The notes beneath the pieces are model-generated. The model was not told where the DNA came from, did no database searches, and was given only the letters and a program-made list of their open reading frames with translations. A stretch of 25,678 nt of DNA, taken from positions 1 through 25,678 of the forward strand of contig JBDRFS010000042.1 of assembly GCA_043818535.1 (NCBI GenBank), written 5' to 3'. Of the stretch, positions 7,861 through 16,139 are shown piece by piece (within the stretch, counting starts at the first letter, position 1; every line of letters starts with the position of its first letter). This DNA comes from Candidatus Woesearchaeota archaeon. Lineage in GTDB: Archaea; Nanobdellota; Nanobdellia; SCGC-AAA011-G17; GW2011-AR17. Made by a program: the position numbers and the translations under genes.

Positions 7861-7931
7861 GCGCTGGTAGTCTACCGGTAGGATTCGACCCTCCCAAGGT
7901 CGAGAAGCGGGTTCGATTCCCGCCCGGCGCA
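7861..7931 (+). tRNA. tRNA-Gly(CCC), no encoded CCA
   Basis: Hand-folded cloverleaf. Acceptor GCGCTGG/CCGGCGC with one T-G pair. D arm GTCT-ACCGGTA-GGAT. Anticodon stem CGACC/GGTCG with loop CTCCCAA (anticodon CCC). Variable region AGAA. T arm GCGGG-TTCGATT-CCCGC. Discriminator A. Total 71 nt. Confidence 0.85.
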
Positions 7932-7932
7932 G

Positions 7933-7945
7933 TTTATTCTTTTTT
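7933..7945 (+). terminator. oligo-T tract after the tRNA
   Basis: tttattctttttt follows the discriminator base directly. Archaeal RNA polymerase terminates at T-runs. Confidence 0.45.
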
Positions 7946-8021
7946 AGCAGTCTGTTCTGCTTGGGATGTTTTTAAAGAAAGCTTGGCAATCTTAAGTAAC
8001 ATACGAGTTTATGCTGGCTTC
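7944..8021 (+). repeat. dispersed intergenic repeat, copy b
   Basis: Aligns without gaps to 4464-4541 at 56 of 78 positions. It starts at ttagcag and so lacks the TTGATAAAGCATA head. Confidence 0.65.
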
Positions 8022-8086
8022 CAAAGAGAACCAAGGAATAAAAGGCGGAAAAAATATCTGGACTCTACATTTGCAGTTTCTCACCC

Positions 8087-8100
8087 TAAAGCTTATAAGG
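8087..8100 (+). promoter_or_regulatory. putative BRE/TATA promoter for the CrtI-like gene
   Basis: taaagCTTATAAgg. Its centre is only about 20 nt before ATG 8116 but about 47 nt before ATG 8143, so 8143 (MGKKKAIVIGAG...) may be the true start. Confidence 0.4.
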
Positions 8101-8115
8101 TAATAGTTATTTCCT

Positions 8116-9774
8116 ATGGAGAATAATACTTATGGAAAAAAAATGGGCAAGAAAAAGGCAATTGTAATTGGAGCCGGTCTTGGTGGGTTGGTATGTGCAA
8201 ACAGGCTGGCGATAAGCGGCTTAGATGTTACGCTACTTGAGCAGCACGACAAAGTTGGAGGTCTTTCACAGGCCTGGGAAAAAAAACCGAGGCTAAACAA
8301 TGGAGAGAGGATAGCAGCAACATTTGAGCTGACGCAAGTAGTCTCGGGCTTTCTCGAAGGTGAGAAATGGTACAAGCTCTATGAAGATCTGGGCGTTGAA
8401 TGGGATAGGATAGGGCCATTCGTTCCTGCACCTAGATTCGGAGTATTGAGGACGGCTGATGGTGAAGAGTCGGAGATATTCAATGATTTCGAGGATAACA
8501 GGAACTACCTCCTAGAGCAATTCCCTGAAGAATCTGATGGAGTCAACAAATTCTTCGGTATCCTTGATAGGATGCATGAAGAATATTACTCCTGTTCGGG
8601 TTGGAAGAAGAAACTTGAAACGTTTGTTGAACCTAGGATAAAAAGACATCCCTTTTTCAAGAAACCGCTTTACTTGTTGACAAAGCCGACGTTCGTAAAG
8701 CTTCGCAACCATACATACCAGGACATTCTTAATAACTGCTTCAAGGGAGAGGACATCAAGGCACATCTTTCAATGTTACGTAATTATGTGGGCATTTCTC
8801 CATCGAAAGCTTCAGGCTTGCTTATGTCAATCTTGCTTCTCTCTTTTTGGAAGAGCGGAGGTCCGCTTGCTCCTGCCGAAAGTTCGTTTCAAGTAATGCA
8901 CGATGAGCTTGCAAGGGTATTAGTAGAAAAGCATGGGGGGGATGTGCGGCTGCTTTCTAAGGTGAAAGATATACATGTAGAAAATAATGCAGTGAAGGGA
9001 GTAAAGGTAGTGCAGAGAGGCAAGAAGGAGGAATATAGACTTGAAGCCGATTATGTTATTGTAGCAGGTGATGCGAAGAGAGCGCTTCTTCCTCTGAGAG
9101 ACCATTTGCCTAAGAAGTATGTGAATATGCTTGAAGGGATGGTGATGTCTGGCTCATTAATGGGTGTCCATGCCATTGTGGAGAAGGACCTGTTTGGTAT
9201 TGAAGAAAGGATGGCATGTGCCACAAATGTCCTTATATCGTCAAAGGAAGCCTTAAGTGTAGCAGACGGTACAAACTTCCCTGAACATTACGCCATTTCT
9301 GTTGCGGTGCCCACAGTGCTTCGTCCAGAAGCGAAACTTGTTAGAGATTTGGACGGGAAGCCCCTATCCAAGTACCACATTGTTGACTTAGCTATGGACA
9401 GCCTGCCATATGAGAATTGGGATAAGCTACGCAAGGAAGACATCAAGGCCTATAGGGCAAAAAAAGATGCCTATGCTCAAGAGATGATAAGGATAACAGA
9501 AGATATGTTAATTCCAGGGCTCAGCGATGCTGTCCGTTATACAGATGTTTACACGGCAAAAACCTGCGAACGCTTTTGCAATGTGACAGAGGGGGCAGTT
9601 TACGCCTTTGAACAGACACCCGGGCAGTTTATACCAAATAGGCCTACTGCCTGCACCCCTATCAAAGGATTATATTTGACGGGCTCTTCAATCCTGGCAG
9701 GAGGAGTTCCACCGGCGATTTCGGCTGGGAAGATGACTGCTGATGCATTGCTAGAGGATGAAGCGAACTCATGA
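8116..9774 (+). CDS. NAD(P)/FAD-dependent oxidoreductase, phytoene desaturase (CrtI)-like family
   Basis: 552 aa. Dinucleotide-binding motif KKAIVIGAGLGGLVCANRLAISGLDVTLLEQHDKVGG. C-terminal LYLTGSSILAGGVPPAISAG is typical of the CrtI family. An alternative start lies at 8143. Confidence 0.8.
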   Translation: MENNTYGKKMGKKKAIVIGAGLGGLVCANRLAISGLDVTLLEQHDKVGGLSQAWEKKPRLNNGERIAATFELTQVVSGFLEGEKWYKLYEDLGVEWDRIGPFVPAPRFGVLRTADGEESEIFNDFEDNRNYLLEQFPEESDGVNKFFGILDRMHEEYYSCSGWKKKLETFVEPRIKRHPFFKKPLYLLTKPTFVKLRNHTYQDILNNCFKGEDIKAHLSMLRNYVGISPSKASGLLMSILLLSFWKSGGPLAPAESSFQVMHDELARVLVEKHGGDVRLLSKVKDIHVENNAVKGVKVVQRGKKEEYRLEADYVIVAGDAKRALLPLRDHLPKKYVNMLEGMVMSGSLMGVHAIVEKDLFGIEERMACATNVLISSKEALSVADGTNFPEHYAISVAVPTVLRPEAKLVRDLDGKPLSKYHIVDLAMDSLPYENWDKLRKEDIKAYRAKKDAYAQEMIRITEDMLIPGLSDAVRYTDVYTAKTCERFCNVTEGAVYAFEQTPGQFIPNRPTACTPIKGLYLTGSSILAGGVPPAISAGKMTADALLEDEANS

Positions 9775-9892
9775 TCTAAGTAACTGCCAAACTTTCATGG
9801 AAGAGGCATATCTGACTTTATCTTCTTTACTGGCACCTGGCGCATCTAAGTTAGAAGAATAATCCGTTCTAAGAAGAAATAAATTTTAGGAG

Positions 9893-10588
9893 TTAAATCA
9901 GGCCTTGCTTTTCCAAGTAAGAGAATCCTTCTTTCCTTAGATGCCCAATATCATATAGCGTATGGGAGTCGCTGTTTACATAAATCCTTTCTGCAGCAGA
10001 TAGTAATAAAGGTAATTTTTCAAGGTCGGTTTTTCCATAAAAAAGATTTGCACAGTTCAATTCTGGAGGTATTGAAAAACTATTGGCAGCTTCTATTACT
10101 TGGCCTATATCTAAATGTCCAGAAAAAGAGCTTGCACAGAGATGTCCTAAGCAGTCAATCTTAGAATTGTATTTTTCCAAAGCCCGCAAATAAGCCTCAG
10201 TTATTTTTTCAGGGTTGCCCTGATAAACTCCCCTATGAGCTGATAAAATAATAAAATCTTTGCCTTTGCTATAAGCTTCAAAATCCACTTCCCCATCTTC
10301 ATCAAGGAGGTCTGCTTCAACCCCAAAGATAACTTTAACATCATTGTGGATGTTCTTCCATCTTTTGGTATTTGAACCGCTTGTTTTCTTTGGGATTCTT
10401 TTTGATTCTAAATGGGATATGGAGTGGTCAGTAATTGCAAGTTCCGTTAAGCCAACTTTTCCAGCCTGAACTACAAGTTCATCAATTGAGTTTGCACCAT
10501 CCGAAAACGTAAACGTATGCGAGTGGTAATCGCCTTGAAGGTTAATTATTTCCATTTTAAAGGAAATCAAAAGTGGGTTTTTAAACAT
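9893..10588 (-). CDS. PHP-domain (histidinol-phosphatase-like) metal-dependent phosphoesterase
   Basis: GDYHSHTFTFSDGANSIDELV...AITDHS is a PHP motif I/II pattern, with DSH near the C-terminus. The true start may be M12 (ATG at 10553-10555, MEIINLQGDYHSH), because a TATA-like gctatataat at about 10598-10610 leaves ATG 10586-10588 too close. Confidence 0.78.
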   Translation of the reverse strand: MFKNPLLISFKMEIINLQGDYHSHTFTFSDGANSIDELVVQAGKVGLTELAITDHSISHLESKRIPKKTSGSNTKRWKNIHNDVKVIFGVEADLLDEDGEVDFEAYSKGKDFIILSAHRGVYQGNPEKITEAYLRALEKYNSKIDCLGHLCASSFSGHLDIGQVIEAANSFSIPPELNCANLFYGKTDLEKLPLLLSAAERIYVNSDSHTLYDIGHLRKEGFSYLEKQGLI

Positions 10589-10699
10589 TGCTTACCTAAA
10601 CTCTTTATTATATAGCTCGAAACAATCTAAGTGATGTTTCACCAATTGACTTCCCACCCCTATAGGAAAAGGCAAGGCGGCTGCTAAAAAAGAAAAAAA

Positions 10700-11638
10700 T
10701 TAAAATTTAGGGTCAATGCCCTTAGATTTCTGGTATTCTTCAGTTGTTATTACCTTGTCAGACCAAATCTCTTTTACAACCAAGCCTTTTTGTTTACCAT
10801 CTTCTTCGGAAGAGTCTATTGCCCAATGGTAATGCCCATCATCCCGAAGAAGGTTTGAGTTAAGGTTCACTATCCTGAAAACACTTGGCAAGTTATCCAA
10901 TAAACCACAAATATTGTCAGGTGTGACTTGCGGTACTTCCCTCAATAATGAAGAATGCCTGCCCATTAAGTCCGAATAGGATTCTATTACTCCCTTGCCT
11001 GCTCCCTCAACTTCAGGAGTAACTCTCCAGTCAACTTGCGGACGTTTCCGCAGGCCTCTTACCACCATTTTCATTCTTGACAAAACAGTTGTCTCGCAAG
11101 CCATGGTAGTTGCAACCGGATTGAAATGTGCCCTCTCACCTTTTGCAAGCTCGTCAACCATATATGCAAAGCCAACCAAGCCTTCCCCAAGGTTTTCCTT
11201 CTCGACATTTTCCATTATGCCGTCTATTGTCCAGTTAGGCATAATTTTTTTACTCGCGACAGTTACCGGGTCTACAACAGGTGATATTGTAACCAGATCC
11301 TCTTCAGGAAAATAAACATCAGTCGGATTAATTGCATTAGGCTTCCCTTGTTTTAGGCCAAATACTGGATGTGTATAGATGTCGTGAAGCTTTTGTATAG
11401 CGCCAGTAACTGTTGTTGTATATTTATCCTGTAATGTCCTTACATGCAGGAAATATTGTGTCAGTTCTTTAGTTTCAGGGTAATAACCTTCAACAGGATA
11501 ATTGCCCAGCGGAAAACCTGCGTCTTTCAATGCCTGCTCTGCAACAGGAAGCATTTCTGTCTCAAATGCTTTCATATACCTTCGCACTGTAGCATCTACA
11601 GCTTGGAAATAATCAAAATTTTCTATTATTTTTACCAT
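10700..11638 (-). CDS. hypothetical protein, no family recognised
   Basis: 312-aa ORF with ordinary globular composition. Only a weak antisense ORF competes with it. Confidence 0.7.
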   Translation of the reverse strand: MVKIIENFDYFQAVDATVRRYMKAFETEMLPVAEQALKDAGFPLGNYPVEGYYPETKELTQYFLHVRTLQDKYTTTVTGAIQKLHDIYTHPVFGLKQGKPNAINPTDVYFPEEDLVTISPVVDPVTVASKKIMPNWTIDGIMENVEKENLGEGLVGFAYMVDELAKGERAHFNPVATTMACETTVLSRMKMVVRGLRKRPQVDWRVTPEVEGAGKGVIESYSDLMGRHSSLLREVPQVTPDNICGLLDNLPSVFRIVNLNSNLLRDDGHYHWAIDSSEEDGKQKGLVVKEIWSDKVITTEEYQKSKGIDPKF

Positions 11639-11723
11639 TTTTATTCCCTCCTAGAGTATTACCCTCAGTAGTATATTACCAGCATCTATACTTTTCGTTT
11701 TTTGATGGATGTCACCTTCAATT

Positions 11724-11780
11724 TTGATAAAGCATAAAATTTGGCAGTTTGTGCTGTTGGATTTGTTGGTGTGGAAGTTC
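11724..11780 (+). repeat. dispersed intergenic repeat, copy c
   Basis: TTGATAAAGCATAAAAtTTgGCAG head. After GCAG, 26 of 33 positions match copy d (ttggatttg.tgg.gtggaagt.c). Confidence 0.7.
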
Positions 11781-11860
11781 TTTTTGGCTCTTACTAGGAG
11801 AGCATAGCTCTCACTTTACCTGTTGAGCATCAAGACGAGACTTGCAGAGACAACAAAACA

Positions 11861-11877
11861 AAAGGCTTATATAGGGG
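11861..11877 (+). promoter_or_regulatory. putative BRE/TATA promoter of the AT-rich operon
   Basis: aaaggCTTATATAgggg has its TATA centre about 32 nt upstream of ATG 11902, implying a very short or absent leader. It shares the consensus seen at 4558, 6123 (minus strand) and 8087. Confidence 0.5.
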
Positions 11878-11901
11878 TGATGTAAACCCTCAGGATGCAA
11901 T

Positions 11902-12042
11902 ATGAAACATCAAACAAGTATAACCATAAATGAAGAAGTAATGTTAAAGGTTAAAGAGAAACTAAGAGATTGTTCTTTTAGGAACCAGTCTCATTTGTTT
12001 GAATTTGCAGTAAGAAAACTTCTAGAGGGAGATGAAAAATGA
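11902..12042 (+). CDS. ribbon-helix-helix (CopG/MetJ-like) DNA-binding protein, 46 aa, below the ORF-track cut-off
   Basis: MKHQTSITINEEVMLKVKEKLRDCSFRNQSHLFEFAVRKLLEGDEK shows a beta-strand (TSITIN), helix, RNxS turn and second helix. Its TGA (12040-12042) overlaps the next ATG (12039-12041) as ATGA. Confidence 0.6.
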   Translation: MKHQTSITINEEVMLKVKEKLRDCSFRNQSHLFEFAVRKLLEGDEK

Positions 12043-13427
12043 AACTCCTAGTGATAAATCCGCCAAATGAACCTTTCAGCGAAAGAAGTCTCCTCATAGA
12101 ACCTATTGATGTCTTAGGGGTTGCTACTTATGCAAAATCTATAGGCAACGATGTAAAATTGGTGGATATGGATGTTAAACAACAAACTCCAGAATCACTT
12201 GAAGAGACTTTAAAGGATTTTAGACCTTTCCTCACAGTAATCCCTTTTGATTATCATATTCCCTTACATACTTCTAAGGCAGTAGATGGTATTAATAGAA
12301 TTAGCAGCTTAGCCAAAGAGTATGGATCAAAGGTAGCAGTTGCTGGAAAAACTTCAAAGCACTACCCGGATTTATTCTTAAATGGAGGTGCAGATGTTGT
12401 AATTAATGGTGAAATTGAACTTACATTGAGTGATTTAGTCCACTTAAGTTTGTGGAACCCTTCTGAACTAATGAAGATACAAGGAATAACATATGCAAAT
12501 AATGGAGAGACCATATCCACTAAACCAAGAAGAACAAGAATAAACCTTGATTCTCTCCCAATTCCTGAAAGGGAATTAGTTGATTTGTCTGATTATATTG
12601 ATGTAAGAACCATACTAACCAGCAGAGGCTGTATGGGGAGATGTAGTTTTTGTCCTACACCTAATTACTGGGGCAATTGGAGAGCTAGAAGTCCTCGAAA
12701 TGTAGTAGATGAGATTGAAGAGTTAGTTACTAAATCTGGTGCAAAAAAAATTCTTTTCTTAGATGATAATGCAACTGTAAATAAAGATAGGATGAAACAG
12801 ATTTCAAGAGGCATTATGGATCGTGGAATTGATGTTACTTTAGGCTGTTTAGGGACAATTTCAGCTTATGATAGAGAAACTATAGGACTCATGCAGGTTG
12901 CTGGATTTAGATGGATCCATTATGGTGCAGAATCTGGAAATTCCGCAATCTTAAAAGCCAATGGAAAGAATATTACTCCTGAACAGATTAAAAAAGCAGT
13001 TAAAGAAACAAAAGATGCAGGTCTTAGGGTTAGGACTAGTTGGATTTTTGATCTGCCAGGCACAAACGAAGATACTTTACAGGAAACAATAGATTTAATT
13101 CTTGAGACGGAACCTCATGAAATTCGGGCCCATTATCTTGCTTTACGTGCTGGAACAGATATGTATAAACAAGCAGCAGAGGGACAAGTATTACCTTCAC
13201 AATATATTCACACTAAAGAACCAATGCTGAGCTTATCTGGATATAATCAACATAAAATAACAGAGAAAGTAAGAGAACTAAAAGAAGAATTGCAAAACAA
13301 AGGTTATTTGGTTATAGATGATGTAACAGCGTGGAGAGATATAGATAAATTGAGGGACCAAGATCCTCAGTTGAGGTTTATTTCCTTTTGTCCCTCAAAA
13401 TATGGTTTAAACTGGGAGCAAAAATGA
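12039..13427 (+). CDS. B12-binding-domain radical SAM protein (class B type)
   Basis: 462 aa. N-terminal Rossmann-like MKLLVINPP...VKLVDMD...VAVAGK, as in cobalamin-binding domains. SRGCMGRCSFC supplies C198/C202/C205 (12630-12653). Confidence 0.88.
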   Translation: MKLLVINPPNEPFSERSLLIEPIDVLGVATYAKSIGNDVKLVDMDVKQQTPESLEETLKDFRPFLTVIPFDYHIPLHTSKAVDGINRISSLAKEYGSKVAVAGKTSKHYPDLFLNGGADVVINGEIELTLSDLVHLSLWNPSELMKIQGITYANNGETISTKPRRTRINLDSLPIPERELVDLSDYIDVRTILTSRGCMGRCSFCPTPNYWGNWRARSPRNVVDEIEELVTKSGAKKILFLDDNATVNKDRMKQISRGIMDRGIDVTLGCLGTISAYDRETIGLMQVAGFRWIHYGAESGNSAILKANGKNITPEQIKKAVKETKDAGLRVRTSWIFDLPGTNEDTLQETIDLILETEPHEIRAHYLALRAGTDMYKQAAEGQVLPSQYIHTKEPMLSLSGYNQHKITEKVRELKEELQNKGYLVIDDVTAWRDIDKLRDQDPQLRFISFCPSKYGLNWEQK

Positions 13428-14110
13428 GGAAAACAAAAGAAATTCTGGAAGAAGAAAATACCAATAGCTTTTTGTTAGGAGTAACTGGCTCAATTGGGTG
13501 TGGAAAAACACATGTTTGTCATACATTAATAGATATAGCCTCAAATCAAGGACTTTCATTGTCTTATGTAAACTTAGATACTATTAGAAGACAAATTTTG
13601 GGTACAGAATCACGTTATGCTCATCTAAGATTACAATTATCAGATCATTTTGGAGAGAGAATAACAAAGTTAGATGGATCCATTGATGGTAAAGAACTAG
13701 GTCAAATAATCTTTTATGATTCTGATGCAATGAATTATTTTAGAAATTTAATATCTCCTGCTATTGATCAAGAGCTTGAGATTGAAACTCAAGATAAAAA
13801 AGGCTTGGTTTTAGTTGAATGGGCTCTTTTAGTTGAAGATGGTTTGCTTCCTTTGGTAAAAGGTGATGTCTTAGTCACAACATGTAGTTATGATAAACAA
13901 ATAGCTAGATTGATGGGTGGCGATCTACCCTTGAATCAAATATTAAAGAGAAGGAGTAATCAATTAACTAACAGTGAAAAAATAGAAAAAATTAGAGCAT
14001 ATCAACAAGATACTGGGGGGGGGAAGCTTTATGTTTTTGATACAACTGAAAATCCTTCAAAAGGCCAATACAGGGCTCTATTAGAAAAAATAATCCAAGG
14101 TGTAAAATGA
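13424..14110 (+). CDS. dephospho-CoA kinase (CoaE)-like P-loop kinase
   Basis: Walker A LLGVTGSIGCGKTHV. VEWALLVE and CSYDKQIARLMGG parallel the CoaE PLL.E and Q..RL..R blocks. Start is placed at ATG 13424, which forms ATGA with the upstream stop and has GGGAG 9 nt upstream. The track start at 13388 would overlap by 40 nt. Confidence 0.75.
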   Translation: MRKTKEILEEENTNSFLLGVTGSIGCGKTHVCHTLIDIASNQGLSLSYVNLDTIRRQILGTESRYAHLRLQLSDHFGERITKLDGSIDGKELGQIIFYDSDAMNYFRNLISPAIDQELEIETQDKKGLVLVEWALLVEDGLLPLVKGDVLVTTCSYDKQIARLMGGDLPLNQILKRRSNQLTNSEKIEKIRAYQQDTGGGKLYVFDTTENPSKGQYRALLEKIIQGVK

Positions 14111-15096
14111 AAAAAGAAAAAGTTGTAAAGGATTTTGAACCAGAATTAGAGAATTATTCCTTTTGCTTATTTAGATTGCCTGAAGAAGGTGGAAGAGTAA
14201 TTTGGGAAATCACAAATAGTTGTAATTACTCATGTGGTTATTGTATCTTTAGTGCAGAAAAGGGAAGAATTCCAGATGAACTTACAAATGAAGAAGTATT
14301 TGAAGTTCTAGAAGGATTAAAGGAAAGGGAATTTAGCCACTTAAAATTAACTGGTGGAGAACCGTTTATTAGAAAAGATTTCATGGACATATTAAAACAA
14401 TCTTCGAACTTAGGATTTATTGTGGATGTTTCAACTAACGCTTCCTTAATAACTGCTGAAAAAGCGAGGACAATAAAAGACTTAGGTGTACAAATGGTCC
14501 ATGTTAGCATTGATGGTCATAACCAAGAGTTACATGAATTAGCACGTGGAAAAAACACATATCAAAGGACAATTAGAGGTCTTCAACACCTAATCGATAA
14601 TGATGTGAACGTGAGAGTTGGTACAGTAATTTTCAAAGCAAATGAAGATTATTTAAGTAAGATGGTAGACTCTGCAGCGGCTCTTGGTGCAAATGAGATC
14701 ATATTTTCTTTTATGGAACCAGTAGGAAGAATGAAGGATGATTATTCTATGATATCATCTAGGCCTATTCTTGAAGTAAAAAGTAAAATTGAACAATTAG
14801 CTGAACAATATGTTGGACAAATTCAAGTTAAGCATAGTTTCACAGAAGATGCAAAACATAATGAACAAGGTACCTGTCCAGCAGTTAGGAAATTCCTTTA
14901 TATTGATAATTTAGGAACAGTATCTCCTTGTACTTGGGTAGTAGAACAAAATCCAAAATATAGATCTAATTTAACTGTGAAAGAGGCAAGTTTTGATGAA
15001 GTTATGAATTCAAAACCGATTAGATCATACTTATCTTACATTGAAAGATTAAATAATGAAGAGATTAAAGGTTGTCCTGTGAGAAGAAGATGTTAA
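14107..15096 (+). CDS. radical SAM protein with C-terminal twitch/SPASM-like Cys cluster
   Basis: 329 aa. NSCNYSCGYC supplies C39/C43/C46 (14221-14244). The C-terminus CPAVRKFLYIDNLGTVSPC fits Cx12Gx4C, and the protein ends GCPVRRRC. The start forms ATGA with the kinase stop. Confidence 0.85.
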   Translation: MKKEKVVKDFEPELENYSFCLFRLPEEGGRVIWEITNSCNYSCGYCIFSAEKGRIPDELTNEEVFEVLEGLKEREFSHLKLTGGEPFIRKDFMDILKQSSNLGFIVDVSTNASLITAEKARTIKDLGVQMVHVSIDGHNQELHELARGKNTYQRTIRGLQHLIDNDVNVRVGTVIFKANEDYLSKMVDSAAALGANEIIFSFMEPVGRMKDDYSMISSRPILEVKSKIEQLAEQYVGQIQVKHSFTEDAKHNEQGTCPAVRKFLYIDNLGTVSPCTWVVEQNPKYRSNLTVKEASFDEVMNSKPIRSYLSYIERLNNEEIKGCPVRRRC

Positions 15097-16124
15097 CAGA
15101 ACAGAAATGGGATATAGAAGATTCACTTAGTGATAAATCTATTACTCAAGACATTGAAAAGCTGTTTGATAAAGACTTAGAATACAATTTACAACCTAAT
15201 AGGAAATTTAGCAGATTTTCTCCAATGTATTCTTTTGCTACTGAGAACTTATCAGGCTACTTTCCTGTATTGCCAATGCAAGGGAAGAAAATCTTAACTG
15301 TGAGTGGTTCTGGTGATCATATTATAAATGCTTATATGTTTGGTGCAACAGAAGTTGATGCATTTGATGTAAATATTTTGTCAGCATTTATCTCCGAACT
15401 AAAATTACAGGCGCTAAAAGAATTATCTTTTAAAGAATTTAAAGGGTTCTTTTTAAGAGAAAGCCCAAACAGTTCAACATATAATCTTAATGCCCTAGAT
15501 TTTGAGGTCTATAAACAGTTAAAGGGAGGACTATCTCATTTCTGCTCCTTATTCTTTGATAAAGCCTATGAATACTTTGATTTTGATGGTTCTCGTTTAA
15601 GAGAATCTTACCTTTTCAATAACAAATATGATTTAAATCAGAAGAAGATCCAGAATAATCCTTACTTACAGTCTAAGCATAACTTTGAGGAGGTAAAAAG
15701 ACTTAGCAGAAAGAATCATAATAGGCAGATAATAAGTGAGGTTCAGAATTTAGGAGAATTACTTGGAAAAAAACAGTCGTTTGATGTTATACTTCTCTCA
15801 AACATAGTCGATTATGCTAAAATTATGTTTCCAGAATCTAAAGAATACTTGGGAGCTTTTTGCGATTCTGTTATAGAACCGTTAAAGATGCATTTGACAG
15901 AAGAAGGGATTATCTGTGCGGCTTATATTTATGTTGATGATAATAACCCCTATTCAAAATATAGAACTGAAGTACATAATCCATTATCAAAGTATAGAAG
16001 TGCTATTGATGATCCTGAAAAAAGGAGGCTTGTCTTTCAGGGTAGTGGGATGAAATATTATGAGATAACATTCGAAAGTGTCATCCCTGAAGAAAAAGAT
16101 GCAGTTGTATTACTGCAAAAATAA
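15090..16124 (+). CDS. DUF3419 / BtaA-like SAM-dependent enzyme
   Basis: KKILTVSGSGDHIINAYMFGATEVDAFDVNILSAFISELKLQALKELSFKEFKGFF parallels the DUF3419 pattern (I.S.G.n...A.D.N..Q..L.eLK...l..L.y.ef). FDVILLSNIVDY occurs later. ATG 15090 (ATGTTAA overlap with the upstream stop) is preferred to the TTG at 15072. Confidence 0.72.
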   Translation: MLTEQKWDIEDSLSDKSITQDIEKLFDKDLEYNLQPNRKFSRFSPMYSFATENLSGYFPVLPMQGKKILTVSGSGDHIINAYMFGATEVDAFDVNILSAFISELKLQALKELSFKEFKGFFLRESPNSSTYNLNALDFEVYKQLKGGLSHFCSLFFDKAYEYFDFDGSRLRESYLFNNKYDLNQKKIQNNPYLQSKHNFEEVKRLSRKNHNRQIISEVQNLGELLGKKQSFDVILLSNIVDYAKIMFPESKEYLGAFCDSVIEPLKMHLTEEGIICAAYIYVDDNNPYSKYRTEVHNPLSKYRSAIDDPEKRRLVFQGSGMKYYEITFESVIPEEKDAVVLLQK

Positions 16125-16139
16125 TAGGAGGAAAATAAA

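Noticed and set aside
8130-9105. Minus-strand ORFs inside the CrtI-like gene
   Set aside because: They are antisense to a CDS with clear FAD-binding motifs and have no independent support.
10995-11671. + ORFs 10995..11315 and 11444..11671
   Set aside because: They are antisense to the 312-aa minus-strand ORF, and the second runs into the intergenic region. No ribosome-binding site or motif is present.
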